Assembly (NCBI GenBank): GCA_044340325.1
Contig: JBIITV010000003.1
Coordinates: 2,734 to 66,733 of the forward strand
Direction of reading: 5' to 3'
Origin: Lysobacteraceae bacterium
GTDB taxonomy: Bacteria; Pseudomonadota; Gammaproteobacteria; Xanthomonadales; Xanthomonadaceae
Length of the DNA stretch: 64,000 nt
The translations under genes were made by a program, and so were the position numbers. Below the pieces are notes generated by a model. It did no database searches, was not told the DNA's origin, and worked only from the letters and a program-made list of their open reading frames with translations. Shown piece by piece: positions 31,033 through 39,844 of the stretch (position 1 is the stretch's first letter; each line of letters starts with the position of its first letter).

Positions 31033-31270
31033 GTCGATGCTCTCATGTCGATGTGCCTCGCCGGGCACGTGCGTAGCGGACATCCACAGTGGCAACGACG
31101 ACCAGAGCGATCTGTCTGTTCGCCCACATAGCGACATCGTCCTGCGGCGACCGTTCAGGCTGCGCATCCCGGTTGCGTGGCCCATCGAACCGACAACCGC
31201 GCGCTGCAGCAGGTACGATCCGCCCACATCATCCATGGACGCTGTCGTCCATCATCAGGAGGGCATCGCC

Positions 31271-32305
31271 ATGCATCAGAGCGCCACCGTCAACCGTCGC
31301 ATCCTGCTCGACCGCCGCCCCGTGGGCGCGCCGACCGCGACCGATTTCCGCATCGAAACCGCAGCGGTGCCGCAGCCAACGGCGGGCGAGCTGCGGCTGC
31401 GCACGCTGTTTCTCTCGCTCGACCCCTACATGCGCGGACGCATGAGCGATGCGCCCTCTTACGCCGCGCCGGTGGGCATCGGCGAGGTGATGGTGGGCGC
31501 GACGGTGTCGGTGGTGGACGCTTCGGAACATCCGGATTTCGCGCCCGGCGACCGTGTGCTCGCCATGTCTGGCTGGCAGGACTACGCAATCTCCGACGGC
31601 AGCGGCCTGATGCGGTTGCCGAAGGACGATCCGCAGCCGTCGCGCGCGCTGGGGGTGTTGGGCATGCCCGGGTTCACCGCGTACATGGGGTTGCTCGACA
31701 TCGGTCAGCCGCAGCCCGGCGAGACCGTTGTGGTTGCGGCGGCCAGCGGCGCCGTCGGTTCGGCGGTGGGCCAGATCGCGAAGCTCAAGGGCTGTCGCGC
31801 GGTGGGTATCGCCGGTGGCGAAGCGAAGTGCCGGTATGTCGTCGACGAACTCGGCTTCGACGCTTGCATCGATCACCACGGCGACGATCTGCCGGCGCGA
31901 CTTGCGGCGGCGTGCCCGAAGGGCGTCGATGTGTATTTCGAAAACGTCGGCGGTGCGGTGTTCGACGCGGTGCTGCCGCTGCTCAATGCGCGCGCCCGCG
32001 TCCCGGTGTGCGGCCTGATCGCCAGTTACAACAACACCGCGCTCCCGCCAGGTCCGGATCGACTCGGCCTGCTGGTCGGCACGTTGCTGCGCAAACGCAT
32101 CAGGATGCAGGGCTTCATCATTTTCGAGGACTATGCGCCGCGTTATCGCGAGTTCGCCACCGCGATGCGGGCCTGGGTCGACGATGGCAAGGTGAAATCG
32201 CGCGAAGACATCGTGCAGGGACTGGAGCACGCGCCCGACGCGTTCATCGGCCTCTTGCAGGGCAGGAACTTCGGCAAGCTGGTGATCGGGGTCGCCGAGG
32301 CATGA
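31271..32305 (+). CDS. NADP-dependent oxidoreductase (CurA/YncB, prostaglandin reductase-like)
   Basis: LSLDPYMRGRM, GMPGFTAY, AASGAVGS, YFENVGG, NFGKL. Confidence 0.92.
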   Translation: MHQSATVNRRILLDRRPVGAPTATDFRIETAAVPQPTAGELRLRTLFLSLDPYMRGRMSDAPSYAAPVGIGEVMVGATVSVVDASEHPDFAPGDRVLAMSGWQDYAISDGSGLMRLPKDDPQPSRALGVLGMPGFTAYMGLLDIGQPQPGETVVVAAASGAVGSAVGQIAKLKGCRAVGIAGGEAKCRYVVDELGFDACIDHHGDDLPARLAAACPKGVDVYFENVGGAVFDAVLPLLNARARVPVCGLIASYNNTALPPGPDRLGLLVGTLLRKRIRMQGFIIFEDYAPRYREFATAMRAWVDDGKVKSREDIVQGLEHAPDAFIGLLQGRNFGKLVIGVAEA

Positions 32306-32400
32306 GGTCATCGGAGCCGGGGGCGGACCTGTCATCGGCCCGGTGTTGTAGCGTGGAGCCGCTGTGGCATGATCCAGCCAGAACATCAGGACCTTGGCCG

Positions 32401-33357
32401 ATGACGACCGTTTCACCCCGGCATGGATGGCGGTACCGTGCACGGCTCGCACGCGTGGTGGCAGCGCTGGCATGCGCCGCCGCGCTGTGGCCGGCGCTGG
32501 CGATGGCGCAGGAAGAACCCTGGGTGCCGCTGGACCGCGCGCCGGACGATATCGAACGCCTGCTGCTGGGGCTCAAGACCGCCGAAACCGGCCTGCCGCT
32601 GGCGGTACGTCGCGGCATGCTGCGACGCGTGGAGGCCATCGACGTGGCGCGCGCGGACGGGCCGCCGGACCGCTACCTGCGCATGAAGCACGAAGCCGAC
32701 GGCATGTATTTCAGCGCCACCGTGCGCAGCTTCGCCGGCAGTCGCAGCGAAGACACGGTCTATCTGCTGCAGTCCGGCAGCGAGATCGATGGCTGCGCAG
32801 GGCTCAAGGCGCTGCTGACCCCAGGCGAACGCGTCGGCCGCAAATTCTGCGTGTTCGACGAAGCGCAGGGCGCTGCCCGCATCCATCCCGATGCCGACGA
32901 ACGCTTCGGCTTTTCCGCCTATCGCCTCGATGGCCGTGGACGTGCCCGCAACGTCACCCGCCGGGTATTGCCCGACGATCCGCTGCTGGCTCTGCGCGAT
33001 CGCACCGAGTACGCAGTGCACGATGAGACCGGCGCGCATCGCGGCGTTTCGGTGGACATGAGCCGTTTGTCCGAGGCGCCGGTGCTGCGGCTGTATGCCG
33101 ATCTGGGCGACGGAGTCGGCTTGCCGCGCACCCATCCGCGCGCCTTCACCGCCGGCTATCCGGGGCCGGCCCACACCGCGCATTTCGGATTCCTGGTGTG
33201 GAACGGCCAGCGGTTCGAGCTGCGCAACGCGGTGCCGCGCGCGCTGTGGCCCTGCACCTTCGACGCCAGTTTCTCGCCCAGCGGCCAGAGTTGTCTGGAC
33301 CGCGACCCCGACCCATTTATCGCCCCGTTCATCGTGCCTGCCACCGACGCGCCCTGA
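32401..33357 (+). CDS. Secreted putative T4SS immunity protein (X-Tfi-like)
   Basis: Signal peptide (ALWPALAMA-QE); C-terminal AHFGFLVWNGQRFELR...LWPC; 28 bp upstream of the effector-like gene. Confidence 0.65.
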   Translation: MTTVSPRHGWRYRARLARVVAALACAAALWPALAMAQEEPWVPLDRAPDDIERLLLGLKTAETGLPLAVRRGMLRRVEAIDVARADGPPDRYLRMKHEADGMYFSATVRSFAGSRSEDTVYLLQSGSEIDGCAGLKALLTPGERVGRKFCVFDEAQGAARIHPDADERFGFSAYRLDGRGRARNVTRRVLPDDPLLALRDRTEYAVHDETGAHRGVSVDMSRLSEAPVLRLYADLGDGVGLPRTHPRAFTAGYPGPAHTAHFGFLVWNGQRFELRNAVPRALWPCTFDASFSPSGQSCLDRDPDPFIAPFIVPATDAP

Positions 33358-33385
33358 CGCGCGTCTTTCGCAGAAGGAAATCGTC

Positions 33386-34963
33386 ATGACCGAACCTTTC
33401 GACATCAGCGCCAGCGCCGACCGGGTGGTCGCGCTGCTCAACGCCAACCGTGCCGCAGATGCAATACGCCTGCTGGAACAGCAGCGCCAGGACCAGCCGC
33501 AGGCGATCCAGGAATCGCTGGACCGGATGGTCTCCTATCGCGGCCGCGATGCCATCGGCCGGCTGCAGCAGGATGTCATCCGCAGCATGGACCCGCTGGC
33601 CGATCCCGACGCCGCCCTGGTCCACACCGGGATGGCCCGATTGGGGAACGCCGGCGGTGCGCCGCGCTTCCCCACCGAAACCGAAGTGGGTGCGCTCACC
33701 GCCACCCAGCGCTACGACGTGTACGCCAGCATCATCGAAACCCGCGGCAACGATGCCGCGCGCGAATCGCTGCGCAACGGCGACCGCGTCGTGCTCGGCC
33801 TGCGTCAGGAAAACTCGACCGTCGATTCCGCCACCCGCGATGCGCCCGGCCAGGTCGCAACCGACAATCCGGCGACCAGGGTCAATGAATCGCGGCTCGG
33901 CACCGGTGTCTACGACGACCGCATTGTCGTGCTTGGCCAGCGCACGCCGCCGGGCGGTGAGCCTCAAGTCTGGCAGTTCAACCACTCCACCACCGAACCC
34001 ACCGCGCAGTACGACGCGCATGCCCAGGGCCGCACCCGCGAAGAGCCCTACACCCACGTCCAGCGTCGGCGCGGCGAGGGCGAGGACGTGAATGGCGACC
34101 GTGTGGCCGACATGGGCCGTCTGCGCGAAGGCACCGTCGAAATGCTGGCCACCACCCACCCGCGACCGGGCGGCGGGCGGGACGACTTCTCGCTGCGGCC
34201 CACGCCAGAAGCGGTGACCGCCAGCCCCCAAGGCGTGCAGCGCGACACCAATGCCGACGGCCGCTTCGATGCCAACGACCCCAACGGCCTGCAGCCGCTG
34301 AACAACACCTTCAAGATCCACCGTGGTTCGGCGGGCAACACCGACTCCGCCGGCTGCCAGACCATTCGCGGCGCGGACTACGACACCTTCGTCGATGCCG
34401 TGCGCGGTAATCCCGGCCAGACCCGCTGGCAGTACGTGCTGACCAATACCGATCCCGGCCAGCAGCCGGTGCAGGGCCTGCAGGCGCCTGGTGTGCAACC
34501 GCAGGGCGCGCAGCCGCAGGGCGTGCCCGAAGGCCAGGCGCCGCGTGGCCCGCAGCCGCCGCCGGAGCTGCAGCTGGCGCCGCCGGCGCCAGCGAACGAC
34601 CGTACCAGCGCGTTGCCCCGCGATTCGCTGATGGAGCGGATCGAACAGAGTCTCGACCGCAGCGGTACTGCGCAGAGCATGAGCGCCGAACAGCGCGACA
34701 ACGTGCTTGCGGCGTCGTACAACGCGCTCTCGCGGTTGCCGCGCGTCGATCACATCGGCGTCTACAACGGCAACGTCGTCGGCACCTATGCGCCCAGCGG
34801 CCTCGGCACCGAACCTATGCACAACGTCCCGGTGGACATCGCCCGCGTGCAGAACACGCCAGCGGCGCAGAGTCTTGCCTCGGCCGAACGCAGCCAGCAG
34901 GAACGCACGCAGATCGCGCAGCAGGTCGAAGAACCCCGCAGCATGGGCGCGCGCGCCGCTTAG
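33386..34963 (+). CDS. Putative T4SS antibacterial effector (X-Tfe-like) with a His-Cys catalytic motif and a divergent XVIPCD-like C-terminus
   Basis: No signal peptide; KIHRGSAGNTDSAGCQT (H-x-S-x-G-C); Q/P/G-rich linker; C-terminal RVDHI...NTPAAQSL with a Q-rich tail. Confidence 0.7.
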   Translation: MTEPFDISASADRVVALLNANRAADAIRLLEQQRQDQPQAIQESLDRMVSYRGRDAIGRLQQDVIRSMDPLADPDAALVHTGMARLGNAGGAPRFPTETEVGALTATQRYDVYASIIETRGNDAARESLRNGDRVVLGLRQENSTVDSATRDAPGQVATDNPATRVNESRLGTGVYDDRIVVLGQRTPPGGEPQVWQFNHSTTEPTAQYDAHAQGRTREEPYTHVQRRRGEGEDVNGDRVADMGRLREGTVEMLATTHPRPGGGRDDFSLRPTPEAVTASPQGVQRDTNADGRFDANDPNGLQPLNNTFKIHRGSAGNTDSAGCQTIRGADYDTFVDAVRGNPGQTRWQYVLTNTDPGQQPVQGLQAPGVQPQGAQPQGVPEGQAPRGPQPPPELQLAPPAPANDRTSALPRDSLMERIEQSLDRSGTAQSMSAEQRDNVLAASYNALSRLPRVDHIGVYNGNVVGTYAPSGLGTEPMHNVPVDIARVQNTPAAQSLASAERSQQERTQIAQQVEEPRSMGARAA

Positions 34964-35003
34964 CGCGGCACGCCGCGCCTGCGCAGACGTGCCGGCGGCG
35001 GAA

Positions 35004-35297
35004 TCAATCCGCCGGTTTGGCGGCAGCGGCGTCGTCCTTCGCGGGTGCGACGCCTTTCGCTTCCGGCGGACGGATCGACTTCAACGTATGGGTGTTGCCG
35101 AGGACTTCGATCATGCCGCCGGCGCGCTGGAAGGCGGCCAGATCGTCGGCGATCTTCTCGTGGGTCAGCGTGCTGCGTTTGTCTTCTTTCGGCTTGCGGA
35201 ACAGATCCACGGTCGACGAAGACGATGTCGTGGCTGGCTTCGGTGCCGGCACCGGTGCGGCGGCGGCGGGAGCAGGGTCGGATTGCTTGCGTGTCAT
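35004..35297 (-). CDS. Small hypothetical protein of a type seen in Xanthomonadales
   Basis: IADDLAAFQRAGGMIEVLGNT core flanked by Ala/Pro/Lys-rich ends. Confidence 0.65.
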   Translation of the reverse strand: MTRKQSDPAPAAAAPVPAPKPATTSSSSTVDLFRKPKEDKRSTLTHEKIADDLAAFQRAGGMIEVLGNTHTLKSIRPPEAKGVAPAKDDAAAAKPAD

Positions 35298-35307
35298 CGG
35301 CGTGGTC

Positions 35308-35628
35308 TCAACTCATCAGAGCGATCGGAACGGCAGGATGCGCGTTGGCGGCTTCAGCACGCACATCGCGGCAATACGGACCGGCCATCGCGAATTTGCG
35401 GCAGATGGTCGGGCGGGTGTCATAGATGCCGCAGTTCATGCGCGCACTGTTCAGTGCGACGCACCAGCCGTCGGCGTCGCGCGCCATCACCGTCACGCCC
35501 TGCGCATTGCGCTCGGTCAGGTGCGCCGGAATCGCGTCTTCCTCGAACAGCACCACAGTGAGACGACAGCAGAGGGCATCGCAACGGCTGCAGTGCACGC
35601 CCTTTTCGCGGGCGGCGGTGGGAATCAT
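35308..35628 (-). CDS. YkgJ family cysteine-cluster (putative Fe-S/Zn) protein
   Basis: CSRCDALCC...WC...CGIYDTRPTICR...C. Confidence 0.88.
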   Translation of the reverse strand: MIPTAAREKGVHCSRCDALCCRLTVVLFEEDAIPAHLTERNAQGVTVMARDADGWCVALNSARMNCGIYDTRPTICRKFAMAGPYCRDVRAEAANAHPAVPIALMS

Positions 35629-36068
35629 CGGGACACCGCGTCGGCGACGTTGTCCGGCTGAAAGACAGGAGGGATGGAGCGTGCGGGCATGATGGCTCCC
35701 GAAGGGCGTCACCCCGGGCGGGGTGTTGACGCGGTAAAGGGAGCGGAGCGAGCCGGATGGAGACTGCAGGCCGGACGGACGGGCCGTATTGCAATTCGGG
35801 ACGCAACGCGCGAATGCAGCGTTTGCGCAGCCATCCTACAGCAAGGACCGAATCCGCGCCCGGGCGTTCAGGTTTCGCGGCGATCCGGGCTGCGGCGTCT
35901 TAGGCAGGCAGTGGCGTATCGTCGGCCGCAATCCTATGCTCGGCCTTCGCGCCTCCCTGCGGTTCGCCAGGCTTTCACGCGATTCGCCTTCGCAGTGGCA
36001 TCACGTCATGGGTGGGCGTCTCGAACTGTCCGGATTGCCAAGCCCAGTGGCGTATCGCAGATGAAGAC

Positions 36069-36767
36069 ATGACCTTGCATATCGGAATCGTCGGTTGCTC
36101 TGCCGAAGGCGCGGCACTGTGCTACAGGACAATCTGCAGTGAAGGCCCCGCGCTGCTCGGTGCGCATGCGCATCCCGAAGTCACGCTGCATACGCCGTCT
36201 CTCGCCGAGTACGTGAAGCATCTGGATCGCGGTTACATCGATGGCGTCGGCGAACTGATGCTCGCCTCGGCACACGCGCTGCAGCGTGCAGGCGCCGATC
36301 TGCTGATCTGCCCGGACAACACCATCCATCAGGCATTCGACTACGTGCAGCCGCGATCGCCATTGCCCTGGCTGCACATCGCCGAAGTGGTCGCATCCAC
36401 CGCGCGCGAACGCGGTTACCGCCGGCTCGGCCTCACCGGCACGCACTGGCTGGTGGACAGCGACGTGTATCCGCAGAAGTTGAGCGCGCAGGGGCTCGAG
36501 TGCGTGAAACCCGATGCGCCGGATCGCGCAATGATGGGCCGAATCATCATGGACGAACTGGTCTGCGGTATCGTCAAGCCGGACAGCATTGCCGTGCTGC
36601 AATCCGTGATCCAGCGATTGAAAGATCGACAGTGCGACGCGGTGATCCTGGGCTGCACCGAACTTCCGCTGGTGCTGGACGACCACAACTCGGCGCTGCC
36701 GACGCTGGATTCCACCCGCCTGCTGGCGCGCGCCGCGTTGCGGAAGGTAGTCATCGGTCATGCGTAA
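36069..36767 (+). CDS. Aspartate/glutamate racemase family protein
   Basis: IGIVG, ICPDNTIH, LGLTGT, ILGCTELP. Confidence 0.88.
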   Translation: MTLHIGIVGCSAEGAALCYRTICSEGPALLGAHAHPEVTLHTPSLAEYVKHLDRGYIDGVGELMLASAHALQRAGADLLICPDNTIHQAFDYVQPRSPLPWLHIAEVVASTARERGYRRLGLTGTHWLVDSDVYPQKLSAQGLECVKPDAPDRAMMGRIIMDELVCGIVKPDSIAVLQSVIQRLKDRQCDAVILGCTELPLVLDDHNSALPTLDSTRLLARAALRKVVIGHA

Positions 36768-36842
36768 GGCGGGTTTGTCATCGCTCGATGGAGCGGTGCC
36801 GGACCCGGCCGGCACGATGATCGCCTCACAGTATGGCTGCGG

Positions 36843-37979
36843 CTATTCCGGCTTTCCGACGAAGTCCGCGAATGTTTTCTTCCGCCACAGCGGCATCAGC
36901 GTCTGCGCCACGATGCCGGTGGGCACGGTTTCCAGCGTCATCACCCCGTATTCGTCCGGCCACACATTCGCGGGCGGCCGTTTGAATGTCCCCATCAGCA
37001 TGTCGACCACCGGCAGATGGATGGCGTAATTCACGTCCATACAGTCGGCTTGGCGCGCATGATGCCAGTGGTGATACCGCGGTGTGACCAGCACATACTC
37101 CAGCCAGCCGAAATTGATCCGCAGATTGGCATGCGCCAGCACCGCCTGGATGCCGACCAGAATGACGTACGCATTGATCGCCGGCGCCGAAAATCCCAGC
37201 ACCACCAGCGGCATCAGGACCGCCGAGCGGGTCGCTACGATTTCGATCAGGTGGATCCGTGAACCGGCCAGCCAGTCCATGTGCCGGCTGGAATGATGCA
37301 CCGCATGGAAACGCCAGAGGAACGGTACGCGGTGATAGATGCGATGCAGTCCAGCCTGGAACAGATCGGCGACCAACACCGCAAGGATGAACTGCAGCCA
37401 GATCGGCAGCGACTGGATCACCGCCTTCAAGCCTTCGCTGGCGATCAATGCATCCATGGTCGTGGTCGATGCGGTCACTGCGATCAGGATGAACTGCACC
37501 AGCAGATGGCTGACGAAGTAATACGCCAGATCCGTCCGCCATTCCGGCCGCAGCGGCGATTGGTCGCGGATGTGCAGCATCCGCTCGATCGGAACGAAGA
37601 CGATCGTCGAGAAGAACAGCGAGAACACGAACCAGTCGAGCCCAAGAGAATAAGGGGTCGATTCGATCGTATCGAAATGGACGGTGGCGCCGCCCGCCAG
37701 CACCGCCAGCGCCGCCGAAATCACCCCGGTCAGCGCGATGCGCCGGTTGCGGTTGCGCAGGATCGCGATCGTGCCCATCACGAACGCCGCGATCAATCCT
37801 ACCAGCAGCAGGTTGCGCGCCAGTGCTTCCGTATAGACCGCACGGAATTCCTTGCTGGTGAGTAGGTCCGGAAAGTGGAAACACAGCACGCCCATCAGCG
37901 ACAGGATCCCGAGGCCGGCCGACATGTGCGCCAGCCAGGATCGCGCCGGATTCGGTGCGACGGTGTCTTTGTAGGCCAT
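36843..37979 (-). CDS. Sterol desaturase / fatty acid hydroxylase family membrane protein
   Basis: His boxes HRIYH, FHAVHHS, RYHHWHH; multiple TM helices. Confidence 0.9.
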   Translation of the reverse strand: MAYKDTVAPNPARSWLAHMSAGLGILSLMGVLCFHFPDLLTSKEFRAVYTEALARNLLLVGLIAAFVMGTIAILRNRNRRIALTGVISAALAVLAGGATVHFDTIESTPYSLGLDWFVFSLFFSTIVFVPIERMLHIRDQSPLRPEWRTDLAYYFVSHLLVQFILIAVTASTTTMDALIASEGLKAVIQSLPIWLQFILAVLVADLFQAGLHRIYHRVPFLWRFHAVHHSSRHMDWLAGSRIHLIEIVATRSAVLMPLVVLGFSAPAINAYVILVGIQAVLAHANLRINFGWLEYVLVTPRYHHWHHARQADCMDVNYAIHLPVVDMLMGTFKRPPANVWPDEYGVMTLETVPTGIVAQTLMPLWRKKTFADFVGKPE

Positions 37980-38201
37980 GTGCCTGTCCAGCGCTTGGGA
38001 GTGGCCGCAGTGTAGGTCGCGTCCTGGAGCGCGACAATATAGGCGGGCGAAGCGCGTCCGGAAGGCGCCGCTTTGCCGCAGTAGGCACGCGCCTATTGTG
38101 CTGGGTTGCGCTCGTTGGCGAGCCCTTCAAGGCCGGTGAGTTGCATTGTCGATAGCGGGGTGCGACAAAGGTTGCCGCTGCGGTTCGTCCTGCGCGATGC
38201 T

Positions 38202-38252
38202 TTCCTTAGCCCCGCGTGCGGTGAGAGGATGCCCGCAGGGCGGGTGAGGGGC
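38202..38252. repeat. Degenerate REP-like element (CCTTCTCCCC...GGTGAGGGG family)
   Basis: ttccttagccccgcgtgcggtgagagg...gcgggtgaggggc resembles 52598-52704. Confidence 0.45.
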
Positions 38253-38494
38253 TGCCCTCGAAGTGGGCTAACACCAGCATGCGTTCAATCTGTGTCTGCG
38301 TAGCGTTCTATTGGGTGGGGTGTGATCAAGCCCGTCGCAAAGTAAACCTCGGTATTCAATAGATTCTTTGAAAGCAGTAATCGACTTTGATCGTTTAGCT
38401 AAGTCGCTAAGCGTCGCGATAACGGTTATGACTATAGATTGATAAAAGACTTGCAGGATTTTTAGTCTCTTGGGCTGAAGTAGGGAGAGGGATA

Positions 38495-39379
38495 GTGGCT
38501 AATGCGGTTTTCACGGCGTCGGAAAGCAGTGCATATGACGATCAAATTGAGCGACGGTATCACTTCCCAAAAACCTATCTCAGGCAGGTTGAGAGCGCTG
38601 TCGGAGATTTGATCGTCTATTACGAGCCACGACGTACGACTGGACCTTCGAGTGCAACTGGAAGGCAGGCGTACTTTGCGACTGCGCGGGTTGTTGATAT
38701 ACGGCCAGATCTTGACCGTAAAGACCATTTTTATGCGGATGTTGAGGATTTTATTGAGTTTGATAAGCCGATTTCATTCAGGGTCGATGAGATCTATTAC
38801 GAGTCGTTGCTGAAGAAAGCCGACGGTTCAGCCAACAAAGGTGCATTCGGAAGATCTGTCCGAAATATCCCAAGCGATGAGTTTGAGCGCATTTTAAGGG
38901 CTGGATTTTCAACGCCGCTGGAGCCATGGGAGATTGCGGATAGAGTTGCGGAAACGCCTGCAGAATACGCAATTAGGCCCATCATTGAGCGTGTTGTTTC
39001 GAGGCCATTTCGTGATGCCGCCTTCCGGCGGCATGTCAGAAATGTTTACGGTAATCGTTGCGCTGTGACGGGATTGAGGCTTGTCAACGGAGGCGGGAGG
39101 CCAGAGGTGCAAGCGGCGCATATTCGACCGGTCGAAGCTGATGGACCAGATACTGTCCGCAATGGCATCGCATTGACAGGGACAGCGCATTGGCTATTCG
39201 ACAGGGGGCTGATCTCATTCTCTGACAATCACGAGGTGTTGATTTCGTCGCACGGCGTCCCTGATGATGTGGATAAATTGATTCCACGGGAAAGAAAATT
39301 ACTACTGCCAGAAAACCCAGATTGGCAGCCTCACAGAGTCTATCTTGGTTGGCACCGTGAAAAGATATTCAAATGGTAA
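38495..39379 (+). CDS. HNH endonuclease, COG3440-like putative restriction nuclease with an N-terminal recognition domain
   Basis: FRDAAFRRHV...CAVTG...QAAHIRP...DTVRNGIAL...HWLFDRGL; N-terminal YDD...YHFP...DLIVYYE. Confidence 0.85.
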   Translation: MANAVFTASESSAYDDQIERRYHFPKTYLRQVESAVGDLIVYYEPRRTTGPSSATGRQAYFATARVVDIRPDLDRKDHFYADVEDFIEFDKPISFRVDEIYYESLLKKADGSANKGAFGRSVRNIPSDEFERILRAGFSTPLEPWEIADRVAETPAEYAIRPIIERVVSRPFRDAAFRRHVRNVYGNRCAVTGLRLVNGGGRPEVQAAHIRPVEADGPDTVRNGIALTGTAHWLFDRGLISFSDNHEVLISSHGVPDDVDKLIPRERKLLLPENPDWQPHRVYLGWHREKIFKW

Positions 39380-39466
39380 CTTAAGGCCATTGATGACTGG
39401 TTGATGCATCGCGATGCGAGATCGTTTTCGTCTAAATTCCTTCGATATCGAAAATCAATTATCCGC

Positions 39467-39766
39467 ATGAGTTCTTCAGTTGAATTAATTTCAGAAGTGG
39501 ATTTTCATGATTCTTGGGGCGTTATTACCAAGGAGTCTGGAGACTTGTTCCAATATTCTGAAGTTTCTAGCCATGCTCCGAATCTTGTATGGACGATTGT
39601 AGAGTCTGGTTGCCACGACGATGAAAATTGGTATGCAATCCCGGGGATTCATCATGTCAATCGTTTGGGGTTTGTGCTTACCCAGCGAGAATGGATGGAT
39701 GCATCAGTCCAAGCCATTTACTTCGAAAACGATATGCAGTGTGACGATGAGGTTCAAGAAAGCTAG
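39467..39766 (+). CDS. Small acidic hypothetical protein
   Basis: VWTIVES...WYAIPGIHHVNRLGFVLT; same low-GC islet. Confidence 0.6.
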   Translation: MSSSVELISEVDFHDSWGVITKESGDLFQYSEVSSHAPNLVWTIVESGCHDDENWYAIPGIHHVNRLGFVLTQREWMDASVQAIYFENDMQCDDEVQES

Positions 39767-39844
39767 GGGTTATTGTTGCGGCACTTCTCTCTTGGTGAAT
39801 CAAGCAGATGGGTCCGTCCTCTATCGATTTTGATACATGAAGAT

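Larger units (their letters stand above)
38280..39840. other. Low-GC islet (two genes), probably horizontally acquired
   Basis: Abrupt AT-rich composition and TAA/TAG stops against about 65% GC flanks (by eye); boundaries approximate. Confidence 0.8.

Noticed and set aside
31177-32400. Apparent 726-aa ORF extending the immunity gene upstream
   Set aside because: The 5' part overlaps the oxidoreductase in another frame and is Arg/Gly-rich noise. A signal peptide appears only from about 32401.
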